Source: Candidatus Latescibacterota bacterium (GTDB lineage Bacteria; Latescibacterota; UBA2968). Taken from it: DNA of 64,000 bases. Each line of letters starts with the position of its first letter. Position 1 is the stretch's first letter. The notes below the pieces were generated by a model, which had not been told where the DNA came from, did not search any database, and worked only from the letters and a program-made list of their open reading frames with translations. The position numbers and the translations under genes were made by a program. Where the stretch lies: contig OZ242195.1 in the NCBI GenBank assembly GCA_965205975.1, forward strand, positions 5,495,253 to 5,559,252, written 5' to 3'. This document shows positions 25,278 to 35,316 of this stretch, in pieces.

Positions 25278-25925
25278 ATGTCCGATTTTTGGGTTCAAGA
25301 TGGCGAGACGATGTTGTTTATTGGCGATAGTATTACGGATTGTGGCCGGCGGGCGGCTGAGGCGCCGCTGGGCAATGGGTATGTGCGGGCGTTTACAGAG
25401 ATTGTGACGGCGCAGTTTCCCGAGCGAAAGATCAATTATATCAATAGGGGAATTGGTGGTAATCGCGTGACGCATTTGCACGAGCGCTGGCGAGAAGACG
25501 TGATTGATCACGCGCCGGATAAGTTGTCGATTAAGATCGGGATCAATGATTTGCACAGCCTTTTGCGACAGGCGGAGGATGCGGTTCCGCCCGCGCGATT
25601 TGAAGCGTTGTACGATGCGATTCTGGATGCGACGCAACGGGAGATTGGATGTCCTATTGTGCTGATTACGCCGTTTTATATTTCGACGGATACATCCGGG
25701 GAGACGTTCCAGAGCGAGGTTATGGCGTTGATTCCGGAGTATATCGGCATTGCGGAGAAGATGAGCGAGAAGTACGGGACAAAGCTGTTGCGGTTGCACG
25801 ATCTTTTCCAGGCGCATTTGAAATATAGAGGTTCAGAAACTTTTTGTCCAGAGCCTGTGCATCCCAATCGGACGGGGCACTTTATTATTGCGGATGCGTT
25901 GTTTAAGATGCTGTGTAAAGGGTGA
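25278..25925 (+). CDS. SGNH/GDSL hydrolase
   Basis: FIGDSITD, NRGIGG, IGIND, EPVHPN. Confidence 0.9.
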   Translation: MSDFWVQDGETMLFIGDSITDCGRRAAEAPLGNGYVRAFTEIVTAQFPERKINYINRGIGGNRVTHLHERWREDVIDHAPDKLSIKIGINDLHSLLRQAEDAVPPARFEALYDAILDATQREIGCPIVLITPFYISTDTSGETFQSEVMALIPEYIGIAEKMSEKYGTKLLRLHDLFQAHLKYRGSETFCPEPVHPNRTGHFIIADALFKMLCKG

Positions 25926-25972
25926 GACTGAGGGGCATACCATATCGGCTTTCTTCAATTGGAGGCACATCA

Positions 25973-27058
25973 ATGGACAAGCTCAAAATTGCACATATCG
26001 GCACGGGGAATCGTGGAACAGGGGTGTATCTTCCGCTCATCGCTAAGTTGAAGGACGATCTTGAACTGGTCGCTGTTTGCGATGTAAGCGAAGATTCCGT
26101 CGAAGCGCAGGGTGCAAAGTATAATGTTGCTGCATATACAGACACCGCTGAGATGCTGGAAAAAGAGAAGCCGGATATTTGTTCCATTGTTATTACCCCC
26201 AGCAATAATCATATCCCGGGGCTGTTGTGCTCTGAACACGGCGTGAGTTACTGCACCGAGACGCCGATTGATACAGACCTTGGCTGGGCGGACGAGATGA
26301 TCGCGTCCGCAAAGCAAAATGGGACGAAGATTGAGGTCAATGAAAACTATTATCGCGTGCCATCGGAACGGATTAAACGCGAGATGATTCTGGCGGGTGT
26401 ATTCGGCAAGATCAACGTTGCCTATAACGAATTTCGCGGACACGGGTATCACGGGGTCGGCTTGATTCGCAGTTACGTCGGTTTTGATAACGAACCTCTG
26501 CGCGTGTTCGGTGTTCGAAAGAGCTTTGCAGTGCAGGAGCACGTCTGGCGGCGAGGTCAGCCGACACGCGACTCAGAGGATTGGCAACAAGGCGTCATCG
26601 AATTTGCCGATGGTGCGGTCGGGGTATTCCATTTCAGCAGTTTGTCTTATGGTTCGCCGCTTCGCGGTTTCAACGGTACGAAGTTCTACGCCGAGCGTGG
26701 GATGTGCTTCCGCGATGAAGCGGTCATTCTGAATGATACCGCCGATGAGCAGCGCAAAATCACGATCATCCGCAAAACCAACGATGTCGATGGGTTTGAG
26801 ACCCTCGCCGCACTCGTGGCGGATACAACGCCGGAGGTGGTGTGGGAAAATCCGTTGCAAAATTATCCGCTCAGTGATGGCGAAATTACTGTCGCGTCAG
26901 AGCTGATGAGTATCGCAAATGCCGTTCGCAACGACACTGAGCCTGAATATGGGGCTTATAACGGTCGCAAGGACCGGGAGATTGACGTGGCGATGGCGAG
27001 ATCGTGGGCAAATGATGGTGAACCTGTGACGTTCCCATTTGAATACGAGCGGCGATAG
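25973..27058 (+). CDS. Gfo/Idh/MocA family oxidoreductase
   Basis: KIAHIGTGNRG, VAVCD, ETP; GGAGG upstream of ATG 25973. Confidence 0.85.
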   Translation: MDKLKIAHIGTGNRGTGVYLPLIAKLKDDLELVAVCDVSEDSVEAQGAKYNVAAYTDTAEMLEKEKPDICSIVITPSNNHIPGLLCSEHGVSYCTETPIDTDLGWADEMIASAKQNGTKIEVNENYYRVPSERIKREMILAGVFGKINVAYNEFRGHGYHGVGLIRSYVGFDNEPLRVFGVRKSFAVQEHVWRRGQPTRDSEDWQQGVIEFADGAVGVFHFSSLSYGSPLRGFNGTKFYAERGMCFRDEAVILNDTADEQRKITIIRKTNDVDGFETLAALVADTTPEVVWENPLQNYPLSDGEITVASELMSIANAVRNDTEPEYGAYNGRKDREIDVAMARSWANDGEPVTFPFEYERR

Positions 27059-27060
27059 AG

Positions 27061-28356
27061 TCAGGTCAGCTTTTTCAGCCGTTCTGCTGCTTCGTTCAGG
27101 CTGTCGAGGGTGCGGCAGAAGGCAAATCGCAAGTATCGGTTGCCTTCATTGCCCGTTGCGTAGAAGTTGTCGCCTGGTACAGGGGTGACGCCGATTTCCC
27201 GGGTCATGTACAGGGCGGCATCGGTTGGATTCATGTCGCATAAGGTGGGGACGGAGCGGTAATCGGCAAAGAGGTAGTAGGAGCCGTCGGGTGGGGTGAT
27301 TTTGAATCCGGTGGATTGGAGGGCTTTGAGGAGCAGGTTGCGTTTTTGCAAGAATGGTTTGTGAATATTTTTGAAGATGGCGTCGGGCAACCGCAACAGG
27401 TGCTCGGCGCCTTTTTGCAATGGGGTGGGGGCCTGTACGACGAGGGTATCGTGAACAGCGCGAATCCGCGGGGTGTGTTGTTCGGGCGATATGACCCAGC
27501 CGACGCGCCAGCCGCTGGCGTTGGCGGTTTTGGTGATGGCGTTGACGACGATGGTGCGCTCGGCCATGCCGGCGAGTGTTGCGGGGCAGATGTGGACGCA
27601 ATCGCCGTAGAGGATGTGTTCGTAGATTTCGTCGGTGATTAAAAATAGGTCGTGTTTGCAGCAGAGGTCTGCGATGAAGACGAGTTCTGATTCGGAGAAG
27701 ACTTTGCCCGTGGGGTTGTGTGGCGTGTTGAGGATGAGTGCGCGCGCGCGTTTTGCCGCGGTAGCCCATTCGTCTTTGTCGATTGCCCAGCCACCGCTTT
27801 TTTCGCGGAGGGTGACATATTCGCAATGTAGCCCAAAAAGGCTGGCCTGGTTGGGATACATTTCGTGAAAGGGTTGTAAGACGATGACGCTGTCGCCAGG
27901 ATTGCACAGGGCGCGAAGTGTTGAGGATAGTCCTTCGGTCGCGCCTGCGGTGACGGTGATTTGCGTCTCGGGGTTGGGGCGAAAGGCGTAGAATCGCCAG
28001 GTGTAGTCTGCGATGGCTTCCCGCAGTTCGGGCAATCCGTAGGGGAAGGAATACTGGTTGTAGCGGTCGTGCTCGGGACGGAGGATGGCGCAGAGGTCTT
28101 TGAGAGAATGGTTATCGTTGTCCGGGTTGCGCGAGAGGAGGTCGCGCAGGGTGAGCGCGTGCAATTGCTCTGCGCCTTCATCTGAGCCGCCCAGTATGGC
28201 GGCGATGCCCGCCCAGGCGAGGTCGTAGAGTACGGGTTCGTCTGTGATCCCTTGAGAGAGGTTTACGGCATTGTGCTCAAGGGATAGGCGGGTCATGCGC
28301 CGGATGACGGATTCTTGTGGGGAAGAATCTCTTATCCCAGCAGTCTCTGTTCCCAT
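27061..28356 (-). CDS. PLP-dependent aminotransferase class I/II
   Basis: VNLSQG, NQYS..YGLPELREAI, TAGATEG, NTPHNPTG, TDEIYE, TKT..SGWRVG, LRFAFC. Confidence 0.92.
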   Translation of the reverse strand: MGTETAGIRDSSPQESVIRRMTRLSLEHNAVNLSQGITDEPVLYDLAWAGIAAILGGSDEGAEQLHALTLRDLLSRNPDNDNHSLKDLCAILRPEHDRYNQYSFPYGLPELREAIADYTWRFYAFRPNPETQITVTAGATEGLSSTLRALCNPGDSVIVLQPFHEMYPNQASLFGLHCEYVTLREKSGGWAIDKDEWATAAKRARALILNTPHNPTGKVFSESELVFIADLCCKHDLFLITDEIYEHILYGDCVHICPATLAGMAERTIVVNAITKTANASGWRVGWVISPEQHTPRIRAVHDTLVVQAPTPLQKGAEHLLRLPDAIFKNIHKPFLQKRNLLLKALQSTGFKITPPDGSYYLFADYRSVPTLCDMNPTDAALYMTREIGVTPVPGDNFYATGNEGNRYLRFAFCRTLDSLNEAAERLKKLT

Positions 28357-29693
28357 GTTTTTATGTATTCTTCGGGCGATAGTTGGCTGTCCGGTGCGCT
28401 TTGATGTTTGTCGTACATGTCTTCTGCTTGTGCTGCGATGACCTCTGGATCTTCGGGGATTTCGCCCTGGTCGCCGTAGGTTTCGATCCAGTTGTCGAGG
28501 CGCGCGCTAAGGTCGTTGAGCACGTTCTGATGGTCTGGCGATTCTGCGAGGTTTTCGACTTCGTGGGGGTCGGCTTGCAGGTCGTAGAGTTCTTCGTAAG
28601 GGCGATAGGGCGCGAGGAATTTTGCCTGTGCTTCGGTGAGTTTGCCTTCTTTGCCGAGCAGGGGCAGGAGTGTCCAGAGGGGGTATTGCTGGTATTTGTA
28701 GCGGTTGAATTGCATGTAGGGGCGGTCGGGGTGATAGTTGCGTATGTATTTGTAGTTTTTGGTGCGTACGCAGCGGATGCGATCTACTGTGCCGTCACAT
28801 CGGTCGCGTGCTGAGAAGACTTCGGTGCGGGATTTTGCATCGGGACCGAGGAAGATGTTGCCTTCCATTTCCGGGGGGACTTCTAAACCCGCGAGCGAGA
28901 GTGCGGTGGGTGCGAGGTCTATGCCGCTGACGAGTTCGTCGCTTACGACGCCTGCGTCGATGTGCCCGGGCCAGCGCACAATGCAGGGTATGCGAATGCC
29001 GCCGTCGTACAGGAATTGTTTGTCGCGGATATGCGCGCGTCCGTGATCGGCGATGAGGAAGACAATAGTGTTGTCGGCTATGCCTTCGTCTTCAAGGCGC
29101 TGGAGTACCTGCCCGACTTTGTGGTCGAAGACCTGAGCACTTTCGAGATACATGGCCCAATCTTTTCTGATGAGGGGGTGATCGGGATAATAAGGCGGGA
29201 TCTCTACGGCGTCGGGATCGACGGGGTTTTGCGGGTCGGGCGTGAAGTTGCGATGGGTGTCTGTGATGTTGTTCTGGGCGTAAAAGGGCTGGTCCCCGGC
29301 GCGCTGAGTCCAGTCGATGCCGTCAAAGACGCCGTTGCGCTGGAAGTTGAAGTCGGTTTTGCCGGGTTTGTCAAAGGGCGGTCCCGGGCTGTTGCAGGTG
29401 TAATATCCCGCATCGCGGAAGTAGTCGGTGATGAGGCGAATGTGTTCGGGCAATGGGGTGTCGCGTTTGCTGCGGTGGTTGTGCGCGCCAAAGCTGGTTT
29501 GATAGCGGCCGGTGATGATGGCCGATCTGCTCGGGGAACACACCGGGCAGGTGACAAACGCATTTGTGAATAGTGTGCCTTCCGATGCGAGTTTGTCGAT
29601 GTTGGGTGTTTGCACGGCTGGCGTGCCATAGCAGGCGAGGTTGGGATAGAGGTCTTCGCCGTAGATCCAGAGGATATTGGGTTTATTGGGCAT
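28332..29693 (-). CDS. Cys-type sulfatase
   Basis: KPNILWIYGED, CPVCSPSRSAIITG, GKTDFN, ADHG, EELYDL.ADPHE. Confidence 0.93.
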   Translation of the reverse strand: MPNKPNILWIYGEDLYPNLACYGTPAVQTPNIDKLASEGTLFTNAFVTCPVCSPSRSAIITGRYQTSFGAHNHRSKRDTPLPEHIRLITDYFRDAGYYTCNSPGPPFDKPGKTDFNFQRNGVFDGIDWTQRAGDQPFYAQNNITDTHRNFTPDPQNPVDPDAVEIPPYYPDHPLIRKDWAMYLESAQVFDHKVGQVLQRLEDEGIADNTIVFLIADHGRAHIRDKQFLYDGGIRIPCIVRWPGHIDAGVVSDELVSGIDLAPTALSLAGLEVPPEMEGNIFLGPDAKSRTEVFSARDRCDGTVDRIRCVRTKNYKYIRNYHPDRPYMQFNRYKYQQYPLWTLLPLLGKEGKLTEAQAKFLAPYRPYEELYDLQADPHEVENLAESPDHQNVLNDLSARLDNWIETYGDQGEIPEDPEVIAAQAEDMYDKHQSAPDSQLSPEEYIKTWEQRLLG

Positions 29694-29713
29694 GGTGAAA
29701 AATCCATTCGTTT

Positions 29714-29740
29714 GTAGGGGCAGGTCTTGTGCCTGCCCGT
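29714..29740 (+). repeat. GTAG-type REP hairpin
   Basis: GTAG-GGGCAGG-TCTTGTG-CCTGCCC-GT. Confidence 0.75.
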
Positions 29741-29766
29741 TGGATGGTTGGTCTGATTAGTCCAGT

Positions 29767-30570
29767 TTATCGCGCGCCACATGCTTGCAAGGATGCTTGC
29801 ATGTGTCCGCGGGTTTCCGCGCCGATGATGCAACATTGTTCCAGGCTGTATCCTTGTGCTCTTGTGCCGATGACTTCGAGGTTGACGGGTCCGTCGTAAC
29901 CGTTTTCGTGGAGGACGCGGATATAACCGACGAGGTCGATGTCGCCGCGGCCATTGGCCTGGTTTGCAGGATCACCGGGACCGCGTTCTCGGCCTTTGCA
30001 GTCGCGGATGTGGACGTGTTTGACGCGCGAGACGACGGCTGCGATGGCTTCAACTGGATTTTCGTTTGCGCGGTGAATATGCGAGGGGTCCATGTCAATG
30101 CCAAAGGCGGGAGATGAGATGGCTTCCATCGCCCGCAGGGTGGTTGGGGTGTTGTAGATGGCTGCGCCCACATGGGCTTTGACGCAGAGGGTTACGCCGT
30201 ATGTTTCGGCTCTGTTGGCGAGGTTGCCGAGGGAGTCGATGCTTTGCTGGAAGGTTTCTTCGTCGTCTGATTTTCCACCCGGACCGCAATTGACGACGGG
30301 GATGCCGGCTTCGTTTGCAGCTTGAAATGCTTTTTCCATGGTGTCGGGATCTTGCCTGGGTTGTTCCATGGCGAGGAGTTCGAGGCCGTATTCACGTCCC
30401 AGACGCTTGGCTTCCCGGGCTGTTTCGCGCCAGTTGTCGAGGACGAGGTGCTGGCTCATGCCGCCAATTGCCGAGACTTCTATGCCGTCGTATCCTGCCA
30501 TGGCGGTGTACTTAAAAGCGGTTTCCATGTCCCACGCGCCAAAAAGAACAGAGTTGAGTCCGAGTTTCAT
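29767..30570 (-). CDS. Sugar phosphate isomerase/epimerase (xylose isomerase-like TIM barrel)
   Basis: AGYDGIEV, DMDPSH, HVHIRD, GRGDID, GYDGPVNLE. Confidence 0.85.
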   Translation of the reverse strand: MKLGLNSVLFGAWDMETAFKYTAMAGYDGIEVSAIGGMSQHLVLDNWRETAREAKRLGREYGLELLAMEQPRQDPDTMEKAFQAANEAGIPVVNCGPGGKSDDEETFQQSIDSLGNLANRAETYGVTLCVKAHVGAAIYNTPTTLRAMEAISSPAFGIDMDPSHIHRANENPVEAIAAVVSRVKHVHIRDCKGRERGPGDPANQANGRGDIDLVGYIRVLHENGYDGPVNLEVIGTRAQGYSLEQCCIIGAETRGHMQASLQACGAR

Positions 30571-30589
30571 GTTTCCTCCTGTAAGGGGT

Positions 30590-31645
30590 TTATTGATTCT
30601 GCATCGCTGGCAAGTCTGTGCGCGATCCTCGCACGTCTATCGCTGCTCTGGAGAGCCGAGCCTGGGGTGCTTCGCCTTTTAAGATTCGTTCAAAATCATC
30701 GCCGATGACTTCGGCGACTTGCAAGTTCGCGTCTCGCGTGCGCCCGGCAATGTGGGGTGTGTGTACCACATTGTTCCGATTGCGCAATAAGTCGTCTGTG
30801 GGCACTGGTTCGTTGTCATATACGTCAAATGCACCGGCGAGTTCGTTGGCGATGATGCGTTCCCGCAATGCGTCCATATCGACGGCATGTGCGCGGGTGG
30901 TGATTACGATTAGGCTGCCTTTGCGCAATCGATAGATGCGTTCCCGCGATAGGATTTTTCTGGCAGATGGCGTTGGTGGTATGGTGACGACGACTATCTC
31001 GCTTTCATCTACGAGGGTGTCCATTTCCACGCCTTCTACGCCGAGTTCATCCAATCGCGATTTTGGAATAAATGGATCGTAGCCGAGGACGCGCGAGCCG
31101 AGGGCGTTGCACCACGATGCCATCCGTCCGCCGATTTGTCCCAGTCCCATGACGCCGACGGTTTTTGTTCCCAATGTGCCGTTGACGAAATCTGGGTTGT
31201 CGCAAAATTGCACGTATTCAAAATTCCACAGACGTTCTCCCGATGCCATGCGCTTGTGCCATTGCGGTATCATGCGCAGGGCGTTTAATGTCAGGGCGAG
31301 TGTGATTTCTGCGACAGACGCCGCCCACGCACGCGTGCCATCAATGATGGGGATATCGCGTTCGAACAGGCCATTGACTGGAAGAGAGCGGTGGCCCCAA
31401 TTATCCAACACGCCCCCCACGGCTTTCAATTCGGGCGCGCGTGCCAAACACGCTTTTGTCAACTGTCCGCCGAATAGCGCGATGGCCGATACATGTGACA
31501 AATCCGTCAATTCCGAAAGAGGTACGCCGCGTTCTACCTGTACTATGCGCACTTCATCTATTTCATTTAGCCGCGCTATCAGTGCCTCTGGTACAAACGG
31601 CCATGATCGTTCCAGGTTTTCCGTCCGGGCAAACAAAATCGCCAT
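30590..31645 (-). CDS. D-isomer-specific 2-hydroxyacid dehydrogenase
   Basis: VGVMGLGQIG, YDP, TRA, DVYDNEP, TPHIAG. Confidence 0.9.
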   Translation of the reverse strand: MAILFARTENLERSWPFVPEALIARLNEIDEVRIVQVERGVPLSELTDLSHVSAIALFGGQLTKACLARAPELKAVGGVLDNWGHRSLPVNGLFERDIPIIDGTRAWAASVAEITLALTLNALRMIPQWHKRMASGERLWNFEYVQFCDNPDFVNGTLGTKTVGVMGLGQIGGRMASWCNALGSRVLGYDPFIPKSRLDELGVEGVEMDTLVDESEIVVVTIPPTPSARKILSRERIYRLRKGSLIVITTRAHAVDMDALRERIIANELAGAFDVYDNEPVPTDDLLRNRNNVVHTPHIAGRTRDANLQVAEVIGDDFERILKGEAPQARLSRAAIDVRGSRTDLPAMQNQ

Positions 31646-31862
31646 TATCCGTCCTTTCTAAAAAATAACTTTGTTCTTTTACATGAATTGCAAGATAATG
31701 CGTCTTGTCTGGACAAACAAGAACCAAAAAATGCGGATGTATTGTGAGGTGGGAAAGGAACTTGTACCTGTGCATTTGGCTGTATATAAATTTTTTGACT
31801 TATGCGTTCTGTATGTTATCATGCGTTTAGATATAAACCACAACTCATCAGGAGATTTGACT

Positions 31863-32615
31863 ATGAGTAGCAAAGTTGCAATTGTCACTGGCGCGGGCAG
31901 CGGGATTGGGAAATACACCACGCTTGCCTTTTTGGATGCGGGATATTCTGTTGCCCTGGCAGGACGACGCGAAGATCCCTTGAAAGCCACGGTAAGTGAA
32001 GCGGGTGTAGATGATTCGAAGACGCTTGTTGTACCGACAGATGTTGGCGATCCAGCATCTGTGGAAAATCTATTTGCACGGACAAAAGAGAAATTTGGAC
32101 GCCTGGATGTGGTTTTCAACAATGCGGGTGTGGGCGCGCCTGGTGTCAATATCGAGGATTTGACTTTTGAGCAATGGCAAACGGTCGTCAATACCAATTT
32201 AACGGGTGTCTTTTTGTGTATTCAGGAGGCATTTAAAATTATGAAAGATCAGACGCCTCGGGGTGGGAGGATCATCAATAACGGATCGATATCGGCGCAT
32301 GTCCCCCGTCCAAATTCTGCGCCTTATACGGCGACCAAACACGCAGTGTCCGGTCTGACCAAATCCGCTTCGCTCGATGGGCGCAAATACGATATCGCCT
32401 GCGGGCAAATCGATATTGGCAATGCAGCGACCGATATGACCGAGCGCATGAAAAACGGTGTTCCGCAAGCCAATGGATCTACCCTCGTAGAACCGACAAT
32501 GGATGTCAGAGGCGTTGCACAAGCGGTGCTCAATATGGCGAGTCTTCCGTTAGATGCAAATGTTCAGTTTATGACGATTATGGCGACTAAGATGCCTTAT
32601 ATTGGGCGCGGGTAA
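31863..32615 (+). CDS. Short-chain dehydrogenase/reductase (SDR)
   Basis: [28 protein letters not shown] upstream of ATG 31863. Confidence 0.93.
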   Translation: MSSKVAIVTGAGSGIGKYTTLAFLDAGYSVALAGRREDPLKATVSEAGVDDSKTLVVPTDVGDPASVENLFARTKEKFGRLDVVFNNAGVGAPGVNIEDLTFEQWQTVVNTNLTGVFLCIQEAFKIMKDQTPRGGRIINNGSISAHVPRPNSAPYTATKHAVSGLTKSASLDGRKYDIACGQIDIGNAATDMTERMKNGVPQANGSTLVEPTMDVRGVAQAVLNMASLPLDANVQFMTIMATKMPYIGRG

Positions 32616-32626
32616 GATAGATAAAT

Positions 32627-32658
32627 AAAAAAAGACCGGACGCTTTGTCCGGTCTTTT
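32627..32658. terminator. Bidirectional intrinsic terminator
   Basis: AAAAGACCGGAC-N5-GTCCGGTCTTTT between convergent genes. Confidence 0.85.
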
Positions 32659-32680
32659 GGTTTGTACTATGGGAGAGGGG

Positions 32681-35164
32681 TTACATTCCCAGCATGTATG
32701 AGACTTTTATGAGAACGGCCCGGTTTCTTTCGCCCCATTCGCGCAAGACATCCCGGTCGTCCAGGTTATGGTCATAAGTCACATCAAAGCCCTGGTCATA
32801 GACAAAGTAAATATCGCTGCCGGGGCGGAAACGGTAATTCAGCAATACGTTTACGCTGGCCTGTTCGCTGTCATTATTCCACTGGGCGAATAGTTTGACA
32901 TAAAAGTCCGTGGAAAATGAATAGATCAAGCGGTTGCTCAATACCTGTATATTGAAGTTGCCCTGGGGCAAGCGCAGCCAGTTGACTTCGTAATCTGTTT
33001 CAATCGAAAGTTTCCCAGAAGGTCTATAGCTGTTTTCGAGTGAAAGTTTATATCGCTTGCCCGTGTAATAGTTGCCGATTTCAATGTCGAACTCGGGGCG
33101 GACTTTCCGCGAGCGGCTCGGATAGGGACCGGTTCCGAATTTTGTAAAAGTGTATGTGCCGTGTGGGATAATTATATCTGGTCGCTTTTTAGATGGCTTG
33201 AATGTGCGTTCGACCACGTCGTGCGTTCGAGCAAATTCGACGCGATACCAGTCTCCGGCGTTGAATCGCGTGTAAGTAGATACCTGCAAATCCCAGAATT
33301 TGACTTTGTTTATTGGATCACTGGGATCTGTAAAGAGCCGAAACCTTGGTCCTGTGGATATATAGCGAATGAGATCCGTATTGGCGGGTATTCGCGCTCT
33401 GAATTGTGCCTCGTATCGCCGGAGTCTCTTCAATCCAGCGCGGCGGTTGACAAATCCGGCTTTGGGTAGAAAATGCTCTCCAATATCGACGTATTTTAGC
33501 GTACTGGAATAAATACCCCCCGAATAGGTGGCCTGTAAAAATCCCGCGGCCCCTGTCGGCGCATCTTCAGCAGAATCCCAGGTTTTCGCGTAAAATCCCT
33601 GAAAATTGAGGGCATTGGATGGCGAGAAACTAAAATCAAGGCCGGCAGCGCGGTTGTATTGATCCCAACCCGAGTCCGGAACAGGGGTTTGTTTGTTCAC
33701 GACAATGGCACCGATATTTGATCGCGCTATCACATCGTGCTTCAGGCGCAAGACCGAGAAATTGCTGCGCTGAACAAATGTATCATCGTGAAGCGTTTTG
33801 GAATCCGTCAACACATTCAATGCGCCAATGCTCGTTTTGCCGGCTTTGCCCGCCAGTTTGCTGCCCAAAAGAATGGGTACGGGTTCCCCCGATTCCAGGC
33901 CGATTCGGCGGCTGTAAAATAAAATAGTAGGTGGGCGGCTGTCCCCGCCGCGTCTCGTGGCGGCTTCGCCAAAGTCAAAGAGATTGGATCCCTCCAGGAA
34001 GAATTCGCGCTTTTCGGGAAAGAATTGCGAGAATTGCGTCAGGTTCACTTCCTCCTGGTCCCCTTCAACCTGGGCAAAATCGGTATTATAAGACAGGTCC
34101 AGTATCATATTGGGCGTGAGGCCATATCGCACATCTACACCCGATTCAAAGGTCTCTTGTACAGATGTATCATCCGCCTGCAAATCTTTTAGTGCGCCGG
34201 GCAAAATGTATGGCTTGATCTGAAAAACGCGGCGGGTCTTTAAGGATTTTAAGCCCCTGAGTTCTGCGAGGTCTGTGGTGCGATAGCGCTGCGTTGGTGA
34301 TGTCGATCTTTGTCCGATCATCAGTGCTGTCGATTCGGTTTTGCGGGCAATAAATCTCGCGAGGTTAATGCCCCATACCGAATCATCTTCGTCCTTAAAT
34401 CGCAGTTGGTCAAATGGAATCGCTACCTCAACCGACCACCCTTTATCGTGTCGGTGTCCTTTGGCTTCCCAGATACAATCCCAATCATCGTTGTAGGTGC
34501 GGCCTTCCCGCGATAGGATCAGATCGCGCTTTGCGCCGAGGGAGTTGACGAAGAAGAATGCGCCAGTTTGACGGTCGTTATAAGTGTCCAGAAGGATTTG
34601 CACATTGTCATCGCCCCATACTTCGGAATCGCGTCGCATGTTATTTGCCACGATTTTTTGTGGCTCAGAATCAAAACATTCAAATCCGAAATAGATTTTT
34701 GTCCGGTCGTAAACAATACGGGCTGTTGTGCGTTCGGTGCTCGGCACCCAGTAGCCCGGGTCGCGCTGGACAAATCCCTCGATGGGTTTTGCATTTTGCC
34801 ACGCAGGGTCGTCCAAACGCCCATCCATCTTGGGACCCTTATCGACGCGGGTGGCGTAAACCGCACGGGGTGCATCGTTAGAAGTCTGTGTGGTGACAAC
34901 GCGAATGCGATCCGATACCTTTACGGGTGAGCCGTTTTCTTCGACCACGCGCGCTACGAGTACGTCGTCGAGTTTTTTGATGACCTGAAGCGTTGACCCA
35001 TTATCCATCTGCAATTGACTGCCCAGGGATGCCGCCCCGTTGAGTCCAGATACATAAGCGAGATCGCCCGTGATTTCTTTGACAATGCCGGCTGTGTCTT
35101 CACTCTCAGCCGACGGCGCGCAAATCGCTATACAGATAAGCCCAAGCAAGCACGCTCTGATCAT
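32681..35164 (-). CDS. CBM9-like/DUF5916 exported, probably outer-membrane, protein
   Basis: Signal peptide, DGRLDD.AW, WSVEVAIPF.QLRF, NTDFAQVE.D, FPEKREFFLEG, FYSRRIG, beta-strand-rich C-terminus. Confidence 0.8.
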   Translation of the reverse strand: MIRACLLGLICIAICAPSAESEDTAGIVKEITGDLAYVSGLNGAASLGSQLQMDNGSTLQVIKKLDDVLVARVVEENGSPVKVSDRIRVVTTQTSNDAPRAVYATRVDKGPKMDGRLDDPAWQNAKPIEGFVQRDPGYWVPSTERTTARIVYDRTKIYFGFECFDSEPQKIVANNMRRDSEVWGDDNVQILLDTYNDRQTGAFFFVNSLGAKRDLILSREGRTYNDDWDCIWEAKGHRHDKGWSVEVAIPFDQLRFKDEDDSVWGINLARFIARKTESTALMIGQRSTSPTQRYRTTDLAELRGLKSLKTRRVFQIKPYILPGALKDLQADDTSVQETFESGVDVRYGLTPNMILDLSYNTDFAQVEGDQEEVNLTQFSQFFPEKREFFLEGSNLFDFGEAATRRGGDSRPPTILFYSRRIGLESGEPVPILLGSKLAGKAGKTSIGALNVLTDSKTLHDDTFVQRSNFSVLRLKHDVIARSNIGAIVVNKQTPVPDSGWDQYNRAAGLDFSFSPSNALNFQGFYAKTWDSAEDAPTGAAGFLQATYSGGIYSSTLKYVDIGEHFLPKAGFVNRRAGLKRLRRYEAQFRARIPANTDLIRYISTGPRFRLFTDPSDPINKVKFWDLQVSTYTRFNAGDWYRVEFARTHDVVERTFKPSKKRPDIIIPHGTYTFTKFGTGPYPSRSRKVRPEFDIEIGNYYTGKRYKLSLENSYRPSGKLSIETDYEVNWLRLPQGNFNIQVLSNRLIYSFSTDFYVKLFAQWNNDSEQASVNVLLNYRFRPGSDIYFVYDQGFDVTYDHNLDDRDVLREWGERNRAVLIKVSYMLGM

Positions 35165-35316
35165 ATTTTGCTCCTGAGAAAGTGGTCAGTAGCCTGTATT
35201 CACCGCCCAATCCCGGTAGGGCGGGATGGCTCTAAGTAAGTTTTTACTTACTTATATACATAATGTAACGAAAAATAAAATTTTCGCATTATTTTTTTCA
35301 AAAAATAGATGGGTGA

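Noticed and set aside
25260..25817. 186-aa N-terminal extension of ModA in the ORF track
   Set aside because: Overlaps the SGNH gene on the other strand; the signal peptide starts at ATG 25259
35250..35280. CATAATGTA as part of a dif site
   Set aside because: The XerD arm (TTATGTTAAA-like) is absent
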